In this document: one piece after another, positions 1 through 13,759 of the stretch
Numbering within the stretch: position 1 is the first letter of the stretch
How the letters are laid out: every line of letters starts with the position of its first letter
Origin: Podarcis tiliguerta
Taxonomy: Eukaryota
Strand: one strand, 5' to 3'
NCBI GenBank assembly: GCA_965153285.1
Contig: OZ229112.1
DNA: 64,000 nt
Made by a program: the position numbers and the translations under genes
Notes under the pieces: model-generated
What the model saw: only the letters and a program-made list of their open reading frames with translations
Database searches by the model: none
Told to the model about the DNA's origin: nothing

Positions 1-829
1 TCTTGCCTTACCTATCAAACAAGGCCTGTTAAAAGGGGGAGTTCCTTGGAAAAAAGGTGAGAGTGAAACATAATAGAATAGGATGGCCTTCTCCAGGTGT
101 CTAAACAACAGGAACAGGCAAACAAGTCATGGAGTGTTGTTACTTGGGGGCCACCAGAGCAAGCAGACATCCGGTTGCCACCTGCCAACCAGAAAAGGCA
201 GAGTGCTCAGAGAAGGGCCTCCAAGAGAGTTTGGCTGATGGGCAAGTTTATGTGGGATAAAGTACAGTTCTGAAAGTTGTTCTACCATATAGCACTTTCC
301 TTTTGAGAAAACAACAACATACCAGCACCCAATAGTCTTCTGAAATGTCATTCCAGCTCACCAATTTTAGGCCATTTTGTTCACTCTGAGACATCCAGTA
401 GTGATGTTCAGACTACCCTTGGCTTTAAGTTAACTTGAGCTAAGCATTCTGGCCAATGCTTTGTGAAGCAGAACTGAAATTTTCTAACTCAGAAATAGGA
501 AACATACATCCCATCAAAGAGAAAACCAAGGGGACTTCTACTGTGCAGTGGGGATCCAGAGGCCCCTTGCAGTTTCCAGTGCTTAGAAGTCAGCCTCCCA
601 TGGCTGGCCAGCTGGTCAAATACTTGAACCAAGCCCACTCAAAGCAATGAAGTGGACTGCCCCTCTTCCTAATGATTTTGACAATTCATTCTGCTTCTGC
701 GGTAGTAGTCTGGCAGATCTTAAGAACGTGTACTCAGAATTGTACAGAAAAGTTCTCTACATCTCCATCTCTGTTCTGAGACCCATTACAAGGTTATTTA
801 AAATCATGAAAAATTAATCTTGTATAGAT

Positions 830-2285
830 TCCTGGGAAACATAATTTAGCTTTTATTGAAATCATTTGAACACTTTTTGTTACATTAAATCAGATTCCTA
901 AGTGGAAGCCAACCTTAAGCAAACCAGTGTAAATAGGAAAAGGTATAAACAAGGAAGAGCTTCTAGCCAGTGTTAAATACTGGTGCATTGTCCATAGAAA
1001 CTTGCTCTTTGCCCGTGAGATCCGTCAGAAACAGAGTAGATGTCAATGGCTATAGGGAGATCTTCGTTCAATGTTGCCAACAACACTTTAATTTCAGTGG
1101 CTCCAGCAGGCAAAACTGACCTGGATGTTCAGTGATATTACCCAAAAAACATTTGTTGCCTCTCAGTGTCCACACACAGTGTCCGCCAAAATTCAAGTTT
1201 GTGTCTGTGCAATTAAGGCTTCTGTTGGCCTGTGGCTTTGAGCAGGCATACATCTCCCAGGGCAGTGAAGCTGATGTTCTAGAAATTCCATAGCTTGGCT
1301 TGGAATAAATTAGTTCCATATGGTAGGGTTAGGAGACTCTTCCAGAAGGGCCATTTCCCAAAAAGGACAGGGTTTTCCCTGCCTTCTACAGCCCCTGAAG
1401 CAGGATTGCATTTCAAAAGAGGTACAGTGTTCTTCTCATCACGACAACATTAGGAGTTATAACAGTGAACATCTGCCTTCCTTACTGCTCTTCGAAAGAA
1501 ACAGCAAAGCTAAAGGAGAGCTCTGGGTGATTTCACCAAAAGTTTTGTAAATACTGATGAATGACTTAATGTGATTGGCTAACCCCACCCCCCAAAAAGA
1601 GACTCAACATGCAACGAACAGCCACTGTTCAAGGCTAAAGCTATGAAGATTGGTACCTTCCAGTAAAAACACTTTTCAAATCATAACGCATTTTAAGTTA
1701 GGATACGGGAAATCAAATGTACAGGCAAGTTTAAACAGACCAGCTCCAAAATGTACATCAAAACAACCCAGCAAACATACAGAGGACCCCTCATCTCCAT
1801 TTCATGTGATGGGGTGAATCTGTAACACAAACACCCTGGCCTGCAGGAAGAGCAAGTTGCTTATTATTATTATTTTCATGAACCTGAGTACCGAGAACAA
1901 TAAATAAAAATAAGAGTGTTAAAATGCAAGTCTCGTCTTGAAGGTGAGGGGACTTCGTTCAGATCTGAGCCTACCTTTTGGAAGCATTATGAAGCCTCTA
2001 CAATCTACAGAGCGGGGAGAGTGCAAATCCTGGCTGAGGAGAAGAATTGCCACAATTCATTCCGGTGGATGCTATAAATCCAGTAATCACTAAACAGACC
2101 ATTGTAAACAACTAGGATTGACCCTTCTTTCCTCCTCCCACCTTCCCTTTGAAACACTCCCTTGCAAAAGGCATCTGCAGCTAAAGTCTTCGTATTTGGT
2201 TGGAAGTATTTTGTTTGTCCCACCTTTATATATATATATATGTATGTACACACACACATGGAATTTTGATTAGGCACAATGAAGG
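830..2285 (-). other. Probable IGF2R 3' UTR (~1.45 kb)
   Basis: Runs from the stop codon to just past the first clear minus-strand AATAAA. The end is inferred, with no transcript data. Confidence 0.55.
852..857 (-). terminator. Putative polyadenylation signal AATAAA
   Basis: Plus-strand tttatt, with U-rich sequence downstream on the minus strand. Confidence 0.6.
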
Positions 2286-2684
2286 TTAAACGTTCAACAG
2301 GTCCTCATCGCTGTCATCATGAAAGGAAGCTGTCTTCACTGAGTTCTGTAGCTTCCGTTGGCCAAAAGCGGTGCTGCCTTTGCTATTCTTGTTGCCATTG
2401 AGCAGGCCAGGCTTATCGCTGCTTGGGAGGTTAAGGGTCTTGTCATGAGGAAGCCTACTAGACTGGACGCCCCTCGCTGAATGGATCTTCACCTCTGGTA
2501 TTGTGAGGACTTCATCCTCGCTGTCCATATCATCCACATGAAGAGAAGTGAGAGCATCCGACTTAACTACTTTGCTGGTGATGTGGCCGTTTTCGTGCCC
2601 TTCATTTCCTGACTTCTGGTTGGGTGCAGCTACCTCCTCCATGAGCCATTCCATTTCATTCTCGTTCAGTTCTTCAGTGCTTAT
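2286..2684 (-). CDS. IGF2R: IGF2R exon 48 coding part (cytoplasmic tail)
   Basis: GACAG|ATAAGC; [17 protein letters not shown]...[13 protein letters not shown]. Confidence 0.95.
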   Translation of the reverse strand: MSTEELNENEMEWLMEEVAAPNQKSGNEGHENGHITSKVVKSDALTSLHVDDMDSEDEVLTIPEVKIHSARGVQSSRLPHDKTLNLPSSDKPGLLNGNKNSKGSTAFGQRKLQNSVKTASFHDDSDEDLLNV

Positions 2685-5600
2685 CTGTCATGTTCAAGAG
2701 GGTGCAGTTAACAAACAGAATTTTAAAGTCTTTGCACAACCATTCTATGGATCCCAAGATAAACCTCATCTTGGAAATGGATCACAAGCTCAGTGGCAAA
2801 GAACCATGGAGAATACAACCTGGCACCAGTTTATAAAAATCAAGCAATAACGGGGGGGGGGGGGGGGATATTAGGAGCAAGTGATGGGAAAGGCCTCTGG
2901 TCTAAGACCCTGCTCCCCGTCAAGTAGGTAATACTGGGCTATATGGACCATAGATCTGACTGACCAAGGCATCATCTTATGACCAACTACAGTTATACCT
3001 CGGGTTGAATACGCTTCGAGTCGAGCGCGTTTGAGTTGCGCTCCGCGGCAACCCGGAAGTAACAGAGCGCGTTACTTCCAGGTTTCGCCGCTTGCGCATG
3101 CGCAGACGCTCAAAATGACGTCATGCGGAGAAGCGCTGAAAAGCGACGCGTGCGTGCGCAGACGTGCCATTGCTATTTACGTTTACCTCTAGATGTGAAC
3201 GGGGCTCCGGAACGGATCCCGTTCATATCTAGAGGTACCACTGAATTTCATTTTACTTTTCCAGTCTGCAAATTTCTTCTTACATACATATAAAAGTATA
3301 GCTGAAACAATTCCTATTCAACAATTTTAAAGGAATTACTACAAACGTAACCTGGTGTTATTTCTTGGCCACAAAGTGCACCCTCACCTCCACCCCAGGC
3401 CCCGTATGGATTTCTATTAACTATGTCCCCTGAAGTTCATATTGGGAATGGGAAACCATTTAGGAAATCTATGTACACCAAAAAGAGCTGGATCTATTCA
3501 CTGTATCAATATGCTTTTTTCTTGCTCCCAAGCTTCAGCACTGAGCTTGAAAAATAAGTTCAATTCTCAGGGTTTTGGCTTAAATCCCTTAACACAGCTA
3601 TATTAGAAAGCCCAATGTTCTGAGTATTCCCCACACCAATCAGATATGAAGCCTGGAAATTCTTTCATAGGAGTCTTCAAGAACTGGAATAGGACAGGAG
3701 GGGATAACCCTGACTCTCAACAACAAAGTTATGAATAATCAGGTTTGGGTTTTTTAAGAGATTCTATAGGACTTCAATTGCTAAGTAAATCTACTTTATA
3801 TTATATCACAAGTAGCCCCTGATTACATGGAAACAAGTATGATTTTAAGCAGAGTTTGCAACCATGCATACAGTTCATAGTCAAATGGAGCAAACCCTCT
3901 GAGTCACACAGAGAAACAATTACCTTTGTATACTTATAGGAAACGTTAGATGTTCTCCGACAGCAGTTGGCTATCTTTTGCTTCATGGTCTCTCTACAAA
4001 ATAGCAAACATTAGCGTTACATACTTTGAATAAAATGCCATTTACAAATTCACTACTTCATTCACCTCTATTATTAACTGATGGCTTAGCCCTACCTCAG
4101 CTTCTACAGAAGTGATGGGGAATCTGTGGCCTTCCAGCCATTTTTGGACTTGGATCAAACCCAGCCAGCAAGGCCAACAGGTCCAGCAACATCTGGAGGG
4201 CCATAGGTTCCCTATGCAATATTTTATGTGGAAGGGTGCACTAGAAGGCGCTTGCTCAGAGCAAGAGCACCCACTAACCTTTCCATACTTCCCCTTGCAT
4301 ACTTCCCCTGTACACCATCCCTCTTCATTTGTTGAAGGATTTAACAGGATGTTAGCAGGTGAGAGGAAGAGAAGCCTGGTGGTCTGCTGAAAAAGTCAAT
4401 TTTGAGGAGCAACTTGGGGAATAGAGGAAGGCGACTTGATGAAGGGAGGAGGCAGGGAGTGGATTGGTCGCAGTAGAAAGCATGAAGGCAGGAATGGGAG
4501 AATGACCATTGTACTAGTGCTTAGGAGTTTTAGCAATGAAGCATGTAGCCATGGATGCTTCTGGACACAAGATTCCCTAAGGAGAGTTGAAGTATCCCAA
4601 AGCGGAGATCATAGAATCAGAGTTGGAAGGAAGCCTGAGGATCATCTAGTCCAACCACCTGCAATGCAGGAATATGCAGCTGTCTCTTATGAGGATCAAA
4701 CCTGCAGCTTGGTGCTACTGTTGCTGGTTGTGTGCTGCCAATGGACTAGAAGTGATCAACATAGCCCCTGGTTGGATTTGCAAAGACTGAATCCGTTGTT
4801 CTGAATGCATGGCACTCACAAAAAATTGCATGAGGGTGAGGACCAGGAAGTTATTGCAGAACTGGAACCCCATTCCATCCCTCCTCCTTACCGTCTTTCC
4901 TTTTTATGAAGTAACAGGATAACTAGGCATGCTGTAAGGACCACAAGGAGCAAACTCAGTATGGCACCAACCGCTTGGCTTCTTCCTGAAAGGCCTTTAT
5001 AAATTTCTTCTACAAATGTTTCGTTGTTTGTTGGCTCGGAGCTTCTGCAGGCAATAAAAAGAAAGAGTATTGAGAGGGAGGGGCCTGCATTCAAAAGGTT
5101 ATCTTCTTACACAAGTGTTCTTTTTGCTTCCAAACCCAATTCAGGATTCTGCCTGTGATTTTTAGAGAACTTCAAGGCTTACTAGTTTTAGTTTTAGTTT
5201 ATTACTTTATTGAGTTTCAGTCTTTTATTGTTTTAGATTTCATTAGTATTGTGTTAAAAACTCTTCTTCTTCTTCAATTTAAAAAAATAAGCTGTTATAT
5301 AAGGAAAAGCTAGAGACATCCAGAATAAGCAGTTTAATCAGTGGATTCTAAATCTTTTTTTAATATACACACACTAGGGAGACTCAGAGATTTGTCCTTA
5401 TGTGAGATCCATTTGCCAATCACAACACCCCTTAAAAAAAGGTAGGTGCTATCTAACCCACATAACTATGACTGCAGATTTACTATGGCTGCCACTCTGT
5501 GTGGTTATTAGGTGTTACTCAAGATTCCAACATGGCTTTTAGTAATGTACAACCCCTCTCTGTTATCCCATATGGAAAGAAGTGACAGGTTTCAGTGTTC

Positions 5601-8600
5601 TCACTTACACCAATGGACAGACTGCCGAGGTGTACCAGGTAAACAAGTACTGGCAATCTGATGACTCATGAAGGAATCGGGGGATGCCTTCCTTGGCCTG
5701 CTGGCTGCAGTGGAAGAAAATGGTTGAAGATGCAAATTTTGTTTTGTCTCTGCCACATTGGGACTCTGAGGAGAACACGACATCCAAATCACCATCTACA
5801 AAAAAGAGAGAGGAAAGATTCAAAGTTTCTAAGAAATTACAATTTACCTATTCATATTCAAGACCTCTTAAAGAGAGAACAGTATTAGATTTGTTGCAGC
5901 TATTTGGATTAGGGGGAAAAAATAAGGGAGTTCCTTGAGCTAAACTAATGTTTGATCTATGCTTTCTCAACAGATGTTGCATTTCCAAGACATGTCGCTA
6001 AGCATGTTTGCTGTAACCCAATAAGTTAATATTAGAAGCAATAGGTACTTGCCCTGAACATGATATTTAGCCTTGTTAGAAGATCCAATTTTCCTAAAAT
6101 GGGTATCTGATGTTTTAACTTGACATATGTTGGCTCCAGAGCATTGATGGTGCTTTGAATCAGTGATGGCAGAAAGCTGAATTTCATAAATGTAGGTGTC
6201 ACCATTTGCTCTTATATCACCGGAAGCATTGTATAATCTGAAAAAGAGTAGATTCATGGTTTTTAAAAGACACAGGGAACAAATATAATCAGAGTTAGCA
6301 AATAAACAAACAAACAAAATATTCAGTATGCATTAGTCACCTTAAGCACCTCTTCTCACTTGATTGTTAATCCAAGTTCATATTTCAAGTTCAGTTCCAT
6401 TTAACAAGGAGACCAGCACAGCACATCTCCAACTTATCATGACTCTTCCAAGTAGGCTATTCTTTCAAGTATATTGTGTTATCTTGTGTTGTTACTTGAT
6501 ACTACTCTACAATATGCACTAATCTTATTTGGTCGCCTCCAAGCACGTCTGAAGCAGCGACTGGAATTTTTGTACCCCTGCCTTTTCTACCACTTCTTTT
6601 ACACCAGGAGAGTATACTTACTTGTAATATATATTGCCCAGACTGAAATTCTTCCCTGTCACTGGATTTATGATTGTGCCATTCTTCATTGTTACTTCCT
6701 GGGGTTTCACAGCGCAAGCAGCCCGAGTTTCCCATGTGATGTAGTAGGCACAGTTTTCTTCATCAATCCTAACAGGAAATATAGAGAAGCAAGGAAAAGG
6801 TTTACCAGCAATAAGCATAAATGACACGATGGTAGAGGCCGCGTGATGGAGAGGGAACAGCTAAGACTTATTTGCTGCACATCTGTGACTGTCTATATTC
6901 AAGTGTTTCATTTCAAGTTGATAAAACTGTGCCCCCTTTAGCACGTTTCTATGAATACATCTAAACTTGGAAATCACACCAGGTGTATCCACCTATTCTA
7001 CAGCAGAATATCTAAGAGAGTAATTTGTGGCCCACGAGCAAGTTGTGGAACAGTTGGAAATACCTGCTCTAAGCTCTAAACTTGATTTAAGTGCTTTGAT
7101 GGACAGTGAGACCATTTTGATCAGCATCAGATTATCATTCAGGCTAACAAGGCTCTAGCTCTGAGTCTGTGATTACCTTAATAAGCACTGGTGTGCTCTA
7201 ATTTCCCCCTAGAAAATCACCAGTTAAACTGGCCCTTCTTAGCAGCCTAAGGCCTGTGATTTTTGTAACACGGAATTGGTTTTGATAATGTAAGTGAAGG
7301 GGAAACAGGTAAGCAGCCCCCCAAGAGACCCAGGAATTAAGCTATCCACACAAGAACCATTGTCCTCCAGCAGCTGCTCACTTGGTAATAACTCCTCAGT
7401 AGACAGCAACACATGACACCGTTCCTCCCTACCACAATCCCTGCATGGACATCATACACTCTTCCAGAAAAACCTGGTTATCAACAAAAGAACAAAACTT
7501 CTGCATCTCAGTCTAGTGCCAGTGTCCCATAGAAACATCTTCCAGTTTGAAACACAGAACACACACATTTTAAGACCATCAACACCACGGAGTTGAATAA
7601 AATTACACTTGACCAGGAAGGAACAAAAAGAGGATTACCAGCATCAAGACTGGGAGTGAATGCAGCTGCATCTATGCGGTCTTTTAGAAACGAAACAAGA
7701 GAAAGAACTGGGATAGAAAAGAGAAATAACTTTGCAAAAGGAGGCTCTGAAGAGGATCTGGAAATATAAGCGGCATGTCATATTTATGCATGCATTCTAC
7801 AGTCCTCAGCTATTCAGCGGGGCCAAATTGCATAATAGTATCCCAAGATTCTTGTAAGAACAATGCTTTTGACACTCAGCACTGCAGAAAGAAGTTTGTA
7901 AAGATATACAGGAAAGCTCAAAGACACCAGGAGTGCATAAATCTCCCTCTTGCCTGAAGGCTTTATTAGAGATCTGGCAGTAAAACTGGCAGAAGTCTCC
8001 AACAAAGAACTGCTCTTTATAGGAACATTTCCAAGACCATGTGACAGACAAGACAGAACAAGGAAAACATGGAGCCTTAGGTAAGCACTAATGACATGGA
8101 ACAGCACCCCCTAGTGGTTGGTGGTGTTGCTTATACAATTAAAATTCCATCCCCACCAAGTTGCTAACAAACAACCTGAGGCAATAACTGTCTACTGAGC
8201 CCAAGGGGCAAGTTTTAGCTCAAGTCAGGACCCTCAATAAGAAGAAAATGACTCAGGAAAAGTAAACAAGAACTATCTCTGTTTCTTAGCCCTGGCAGAG
8301 CAGAGTGTGCTTGTGAGAGAGAGGCCTTGCCAAGTACGCCAAGGAAGATGCATGGGAGAGGGCTGAACTCAATGGAGAAAAACCGACACTTGGAGAGGAA
8401 CCACCCACTAATCCATGTAGAGACACAGAATGTGCCACATATCAAGGCCCAGAGAAGACTCTTGAGCCAACATAAAGCTGGCATTGTGACTTAGTTACAT
8501 TTTTACTTCAACTCATGCCTGTGGGACACTGTTGTGTTTGAACAAAGGAAAAGGGGACGTGATGCAGAGCAAGCTGATTAAATGACAATATGCTGTAATT

Positions 8601-11600
8601 CAAACATTGCAGGATTTATGTATCTAAATACTGCTTCATTTCTTCCTTCCTCCGCTTGTTGCAGGTCAACCAAATTCTATTTCTATTCATGCCAAGAGCA
8701 CAAATATTATTCCGTTTATGCTGTTTTGTGGCAAAACTCGCAGCTAATGCTACTGGTCACCCTGAAGATACCAAGGTCAAAAACTCCACCCAGATACAAG
8801 TCCTTTAGCAAGGCCACTTTAACATTCACGGCTTCCGCCCCCAAAATCCTGGGAACTGGATTTTGCCAAGAGTGCTGAGAGCTGTTAGGAGACCCCCATC
8901 TTCTCCTCACAGTTCCCAGAGCTCCTAGGGAAGAACGCCTGATAAGCCACACTGGGAACTGCAGGTCTGTGAGAGGAATAGGGGTCGCCTAACAGCTCTC
9001 TGCATCTTTAGCAAACTACATTTCTGAGGATTCTCTGGGAATAAGCCATGCCTGTCAAAGCAGAATAACAGTGAGGATGTGGTCACAGTGCCAAGTAGCC
9101 TTGGATCCCAATCTTATGAATGTGTGGTGGAAAAAGGTGGCAATTCTCTCTCCCCTCACTGTCAATTCAAGGAACACTGCAGGTACTACCAACATATCTG
9201 AGGTGTACCCATTAATCACAGTAACATTCAAGAGGCCCTCAACTACACTACAGCAGCCAGTTATTCTTTACACTTTACCTATTAAACCTTGGCATGCCAA
9301 CTGTTTTTCCACATTTCAGTTCTATCACGGTGGTTGCTTTTTTGTTCCTCTGTGGACACTCGTGGCCGTTGGAGTAACTGACAAGGATTCTATCGTCTGA
9401 AACAGAAACATCACATTCTTGTAAATTAAAAAGCAAGATACAATGCTTTTTTGAACCAACACAAAAACACAAGCAATGCTTTGCAAGCAAAAATGGACCA
9501 ACCCCATTTTGACCTTGCATTAGTGACATTTCCTTCAATGTAATTATTGGTTCTTGTAACAGAAGAGCTCAAGATTTTACAGCTAGGTCAAATGGCCCAA
9601 AATATATCAGAATGTTTGTGAATTTAGTTTTCAGGACTTTAGTGTGCAGGACTTTCATAAAAGGTAAGGACCAATTGTTTAAGGAGTATTTGTCCTTTGG
9701 GGAAGGTTTTACCAAGTATTAATGGCACTTCTGCACAGGCCAGTGTACTGAACAGCAGGCAGAATCCACAGCCTGTTGAGGCTTTACAGCAGACTATCTA
9801 GTAATTTATACAGGAGCTGGATTACACCAATGAATGTTGGGTATTAAATGTTAAGATCTGTCTATGCCTCAATAAAAAGTCTAGCTTAAGCAACCCTGAT
9901 GAGAAGAAATAGAAAACTAAATACAGTGGTGCCCCGCAAGACGAATGCCTCGCAAGACGGAAAACCCGCTAGACGAAAGGGTTTTCCATTTTGGAGGTGC
10001 TTCGCAAAACGAATTTGCTATGGGCTTGCTCCGCAAGTTCCTGCGGGGTTCCCCCCCCCTTTTCCCAAGCCGCTAAGCCGCTTAACAGCTGATCCGCTAA
10101 GCCGCTTATCAGCTGATCCGCTAAGCCCGCTAAGCTGCTAATAGCGCTAATCCGCTAAGCCGCTAATGGGCTTGCTTCGCAAGACGAAAAAAACCGCAAG
10201 ATGAAGAGACTCGCGGAACGGATTCTTTTCGTCTTGCGAGGCACCACTGTATAATATAGATTTCAGCAGTTTAGAGTAATAAATGTAAATAGACACATTT
10301 TACATTAAAAATTTTACTTCAGTTGCCCCTTTTTTAAAAAAAAACATGCACTGTATTTAGGTACATACCTGTTACATTTAGTTTCTGAGTATGCACTAAT
10401 CCCAGAACCTGCACAGCCCCGTTCTGACTTCTCCGGCAAACACTTGCTCGTTCTGGGCAACCTGTGGGTCCTTCGTGGACTCTTTGACAGAGATTCATGT
10501 AGTAACTTTCAACGGAGGAGGAAAATAAAACAGGTAATAGATCAGCCTAGTATATGACTGCATATTTACCATAGCTATGTGTACTTTAAAACATTTAAAT
10601 TCTGCACCAAGAAAAACTGAATGCGGCATCCTGCATAAATTGTGTAAACTAAATTACCGTATTTTTTCGTCTATAAGATGCCCCCATGTATAAGATGCCC
10701 CCTATTTTGGGGGACTCAGATTTAAGAAAATGGGGGTGGTGTGGCCCAGAGTATAAGACTCCCCCTAATTTTTGACATTATTTTTAAAGGGAAAAAATCT
10801 AGTCTTATACATGGAAAAATACGGCAATTTGTCTATTTGCTAGTATCTTCCATAATTTTGGTATGCGTGTCACAACAGTGTTCTCCATTTCTCTTTTAAT
10901 CATTTGGGGACTACCGCCATCTCATGTCTCAATAGTTCTATCCTGAATCTGTTCCTGTTTGGCAACTTCTGGAATCATAGTAAGCCCAGTATTCCAGTGA
11001 CACTGGGCACTGCCAAGTAGCAACACCATTTCTGGCTAATGTGCACCTCTTTTCTGCTGGTATACCTCCCCCATTGTTACTTTGAGATACAAACGCCTCA
11101 TGCATTCTCAAAGAAATGAGATCAAAAGGCACAAGAGTTAAGCACAGTCCCAACTGTTTCTGTGTGACACTGGCAGCCTCTTGTCTTCAAAAGTTAACAC
11201 CAACATTTGTAAGGTGGTTGTCCTATCCTTCAAATAAAAATGTACTGGGAATATGGTTTCCATTAGAACTGTAAAACAGACTCACGAGCTGGTCTTGTCA
11301 GCGAAGATCCAAGATCCCGTGAGGGAGGAAAGCACTCTCAAATCGTAAGTTTTGTGCTTCTGAATAAACTTGCACTCCATTTTCCTGGGCGGACACACAA
11401 CTTGTGTCTTCCATTCGAATGTCACTGCACAGCCATTTGTCTCACTCAGTAGTTGAGGGCTCCCATCATCAGCGTTGTCATCACACTTGAAAATAATAGT
11501 TGATTCCCGGCGGCCATTTCCTGCAAGACACAAGCAAAGGTTTCACCATCATAAGCAACTGTAAATCCACACCCAAACTCTGACCACCGTCCCACCACAG

Positions 11601-13723
11601 TACACGGGCTGCAACCATGTAGTATTTGAGAAACATTTGCAAGCACAGGGAGCACAGCTGGCACCATTATATTCCAGGTTTTGCAAAAAAAAAAAAGCTT
11701 TAAAAAGCTTGACAACTTTGGCCAAAACTAAAAGATGGCAACCCTAAGTAAGCCTACAAAAGTTGTTAGTTCACAAAGAGGAATCATTTGTAGCACCTTA
11801 GTGGCTGGAGAGGAGACTAATTCTCCCCACTGCCAACAGCTTTCCTGCCTAGACACCTGGAAATAAAACTCATTACAGGTGATTTACAAGTCTGTAAGAA
11901 TGGAGTTAAATTAATGGTTGAGTGCTGAACACAGACTCTCTGCAAGAGGGTGGTGGAATTAAGAAATCTAGGACAACTGTTGTGCAAGACCATTAGCAAT
12001 ACCAGAGGGAAACACAAAAGCAGCATCGTGAATTTTGTTTGATCTACATAATATCTTTCTGAAAGAAAAAGTGTATATTTCACTTCAATAGTCTCATTCT
12101 AAATGCATCTTCTCCAAGGTAAATCCTTCTGATTTTGACGGTGTTAACGTGCAAGCTTTGGATTACAGCCTCATATTAAAATTTGAGCACCAGTGTGGTG
12201 TAGTTGTTAAGAGTGCTAGACTAGTACCCGGACAGGCCAGGTTTCAAATACCCTTCAGCCATGAAACTGTGACCTTGGGCCAGTCCCCATCTCTAAGCCT
12301 AACCTCTACCACATAGAGTTATTGACAGGATAAGAGGAGGAGGGGAGGGGAGAACATTTTGTCACCTTGAGCTCCTTGGACTAAAGGTGGGGTAGAAATT
12401 TAATAGAAATAAATAGATGAATAAAGGGGAGGAACACACACTGTTTGTTACTGTCCATCCCTGACACTGCACAAAGGTGCTAACTTTGATGACCTGTTCT
12501 ATGACAACCTTTGCTGCGCATCTTGTCTTGCACACTGGCAAACTGCATGAGCCCTGCATCTCTTTTCCAACTCAAAATCAAGTTGGTCATTCATCAATAG
12601 GCTAATCTAATGCTCTATGCAAATGACTCCTGGTGTCGATTGGGAGAGTGTCATGGGTTCACAGAAATATTCACTATCAGCATTCACCCTAACTCAGAGC
12701 AAAACATCTGGTTGCGTGCAGAAGTACTGTGCAGGCTGCAGGCCAGTGTTTGTTGCTTTTCTTTTCTGTGGTTGCTGCTCTACCCCTAGCTACCAACTTG
12801 TTCCATCTGAACCTGCCCCAAACTGCATTTTTCCAACGCTTGCTTACCGTTGACACAGAAACCCCATTTTTTGTCTCTTTCAAAGTTATTTGTAGTGGCA
12901 CACCATGGCCGCTCTCGTCCCTCCTGAACACATGTGTCGTATGTTTTACCATTGTGTTGGAAAGGGAAGACACAAAGCTCGTCCAGATCAGTCACTGCAA
13001 GTGAAAGGAAATATCAATACACGCAGAGAGAGCCACAGGCTGCACCTTTCATGAGCAGGCAATTCCTGCAGACAAGCACACTGGGTAGCCACTGCCACTC
13101 GTAATTGAAGGCAATGGCTTGCATCCCATATTAGTTCTACTCAGAGTAGACCCACTGACACTGAATGGCAAGATGAACACAAGTCCACTCATTTCAAAGG
13201 ATCTGCTCCCAGGTATTAACTTTCCCAGGTAACCCATTGATCCACAATGACTAGTTATGCAATCGTGACTGATAACTTCATGGGGGAGACTGCTGTTAAC
13301 TGTGACAAAACTGCAATTATTTCACAGCTGTCATGCTAATTCCTTTCAATTATTATTTTTCCCAATATAAACTGTGCGTGTTTAATACACACATAGGGAG
13401 GAAGGAACGATCACCACTCATTGTTCAGCCCAGACACTGAGGTCCAGCTCCAAGGGCCTTCTGGCGGTTCCCTCACTGCAAGAAGCCAAGTTACAGGGAA
13501 CCAGGCAGAGGGCCTTCTCGGTAGTGGCACCCGCCCTGTGGAACACCCTCTCATTAGATGTCAAGGAAATAAACAACTATCTGACTTTTAGAAGACATCT
13601 GAAGGCAGCCCTGTTTAGGGAAGCTTTTAATGTTTGATGTTTTATCGCATTTTTAATATTCTGTTGGGAGCCGCCCAGAGTGGCTGGGGAAACATAGCCG
13701 GATGGGCGGGGTATAAATAATAA

Positions 13724-13759
<36 letters not shown>

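Noticed and set aside
1899-1908. Plus-strand AATAAA pair as the end of a convergent neighbour gene (SLC22A-type)
   Set aside because: No plus-strand exon is visible in the window, and the motif is common in AT-rich UTRs.
9397-9419. In-frame alternative acceptor 21 nt upstream of exon 42 (would add ECDVSVS)
   Set aside because: It is a weak AAG too close to the likely branch point. The downstream TTTCAG fits consensus and the expected exon size.
10065-10170. CRISPR-like or telomere-like repeat array
   Set aside because: There are no unique spacers, the context is eukaryotic, and it lies inside a TA-flanked MITE.
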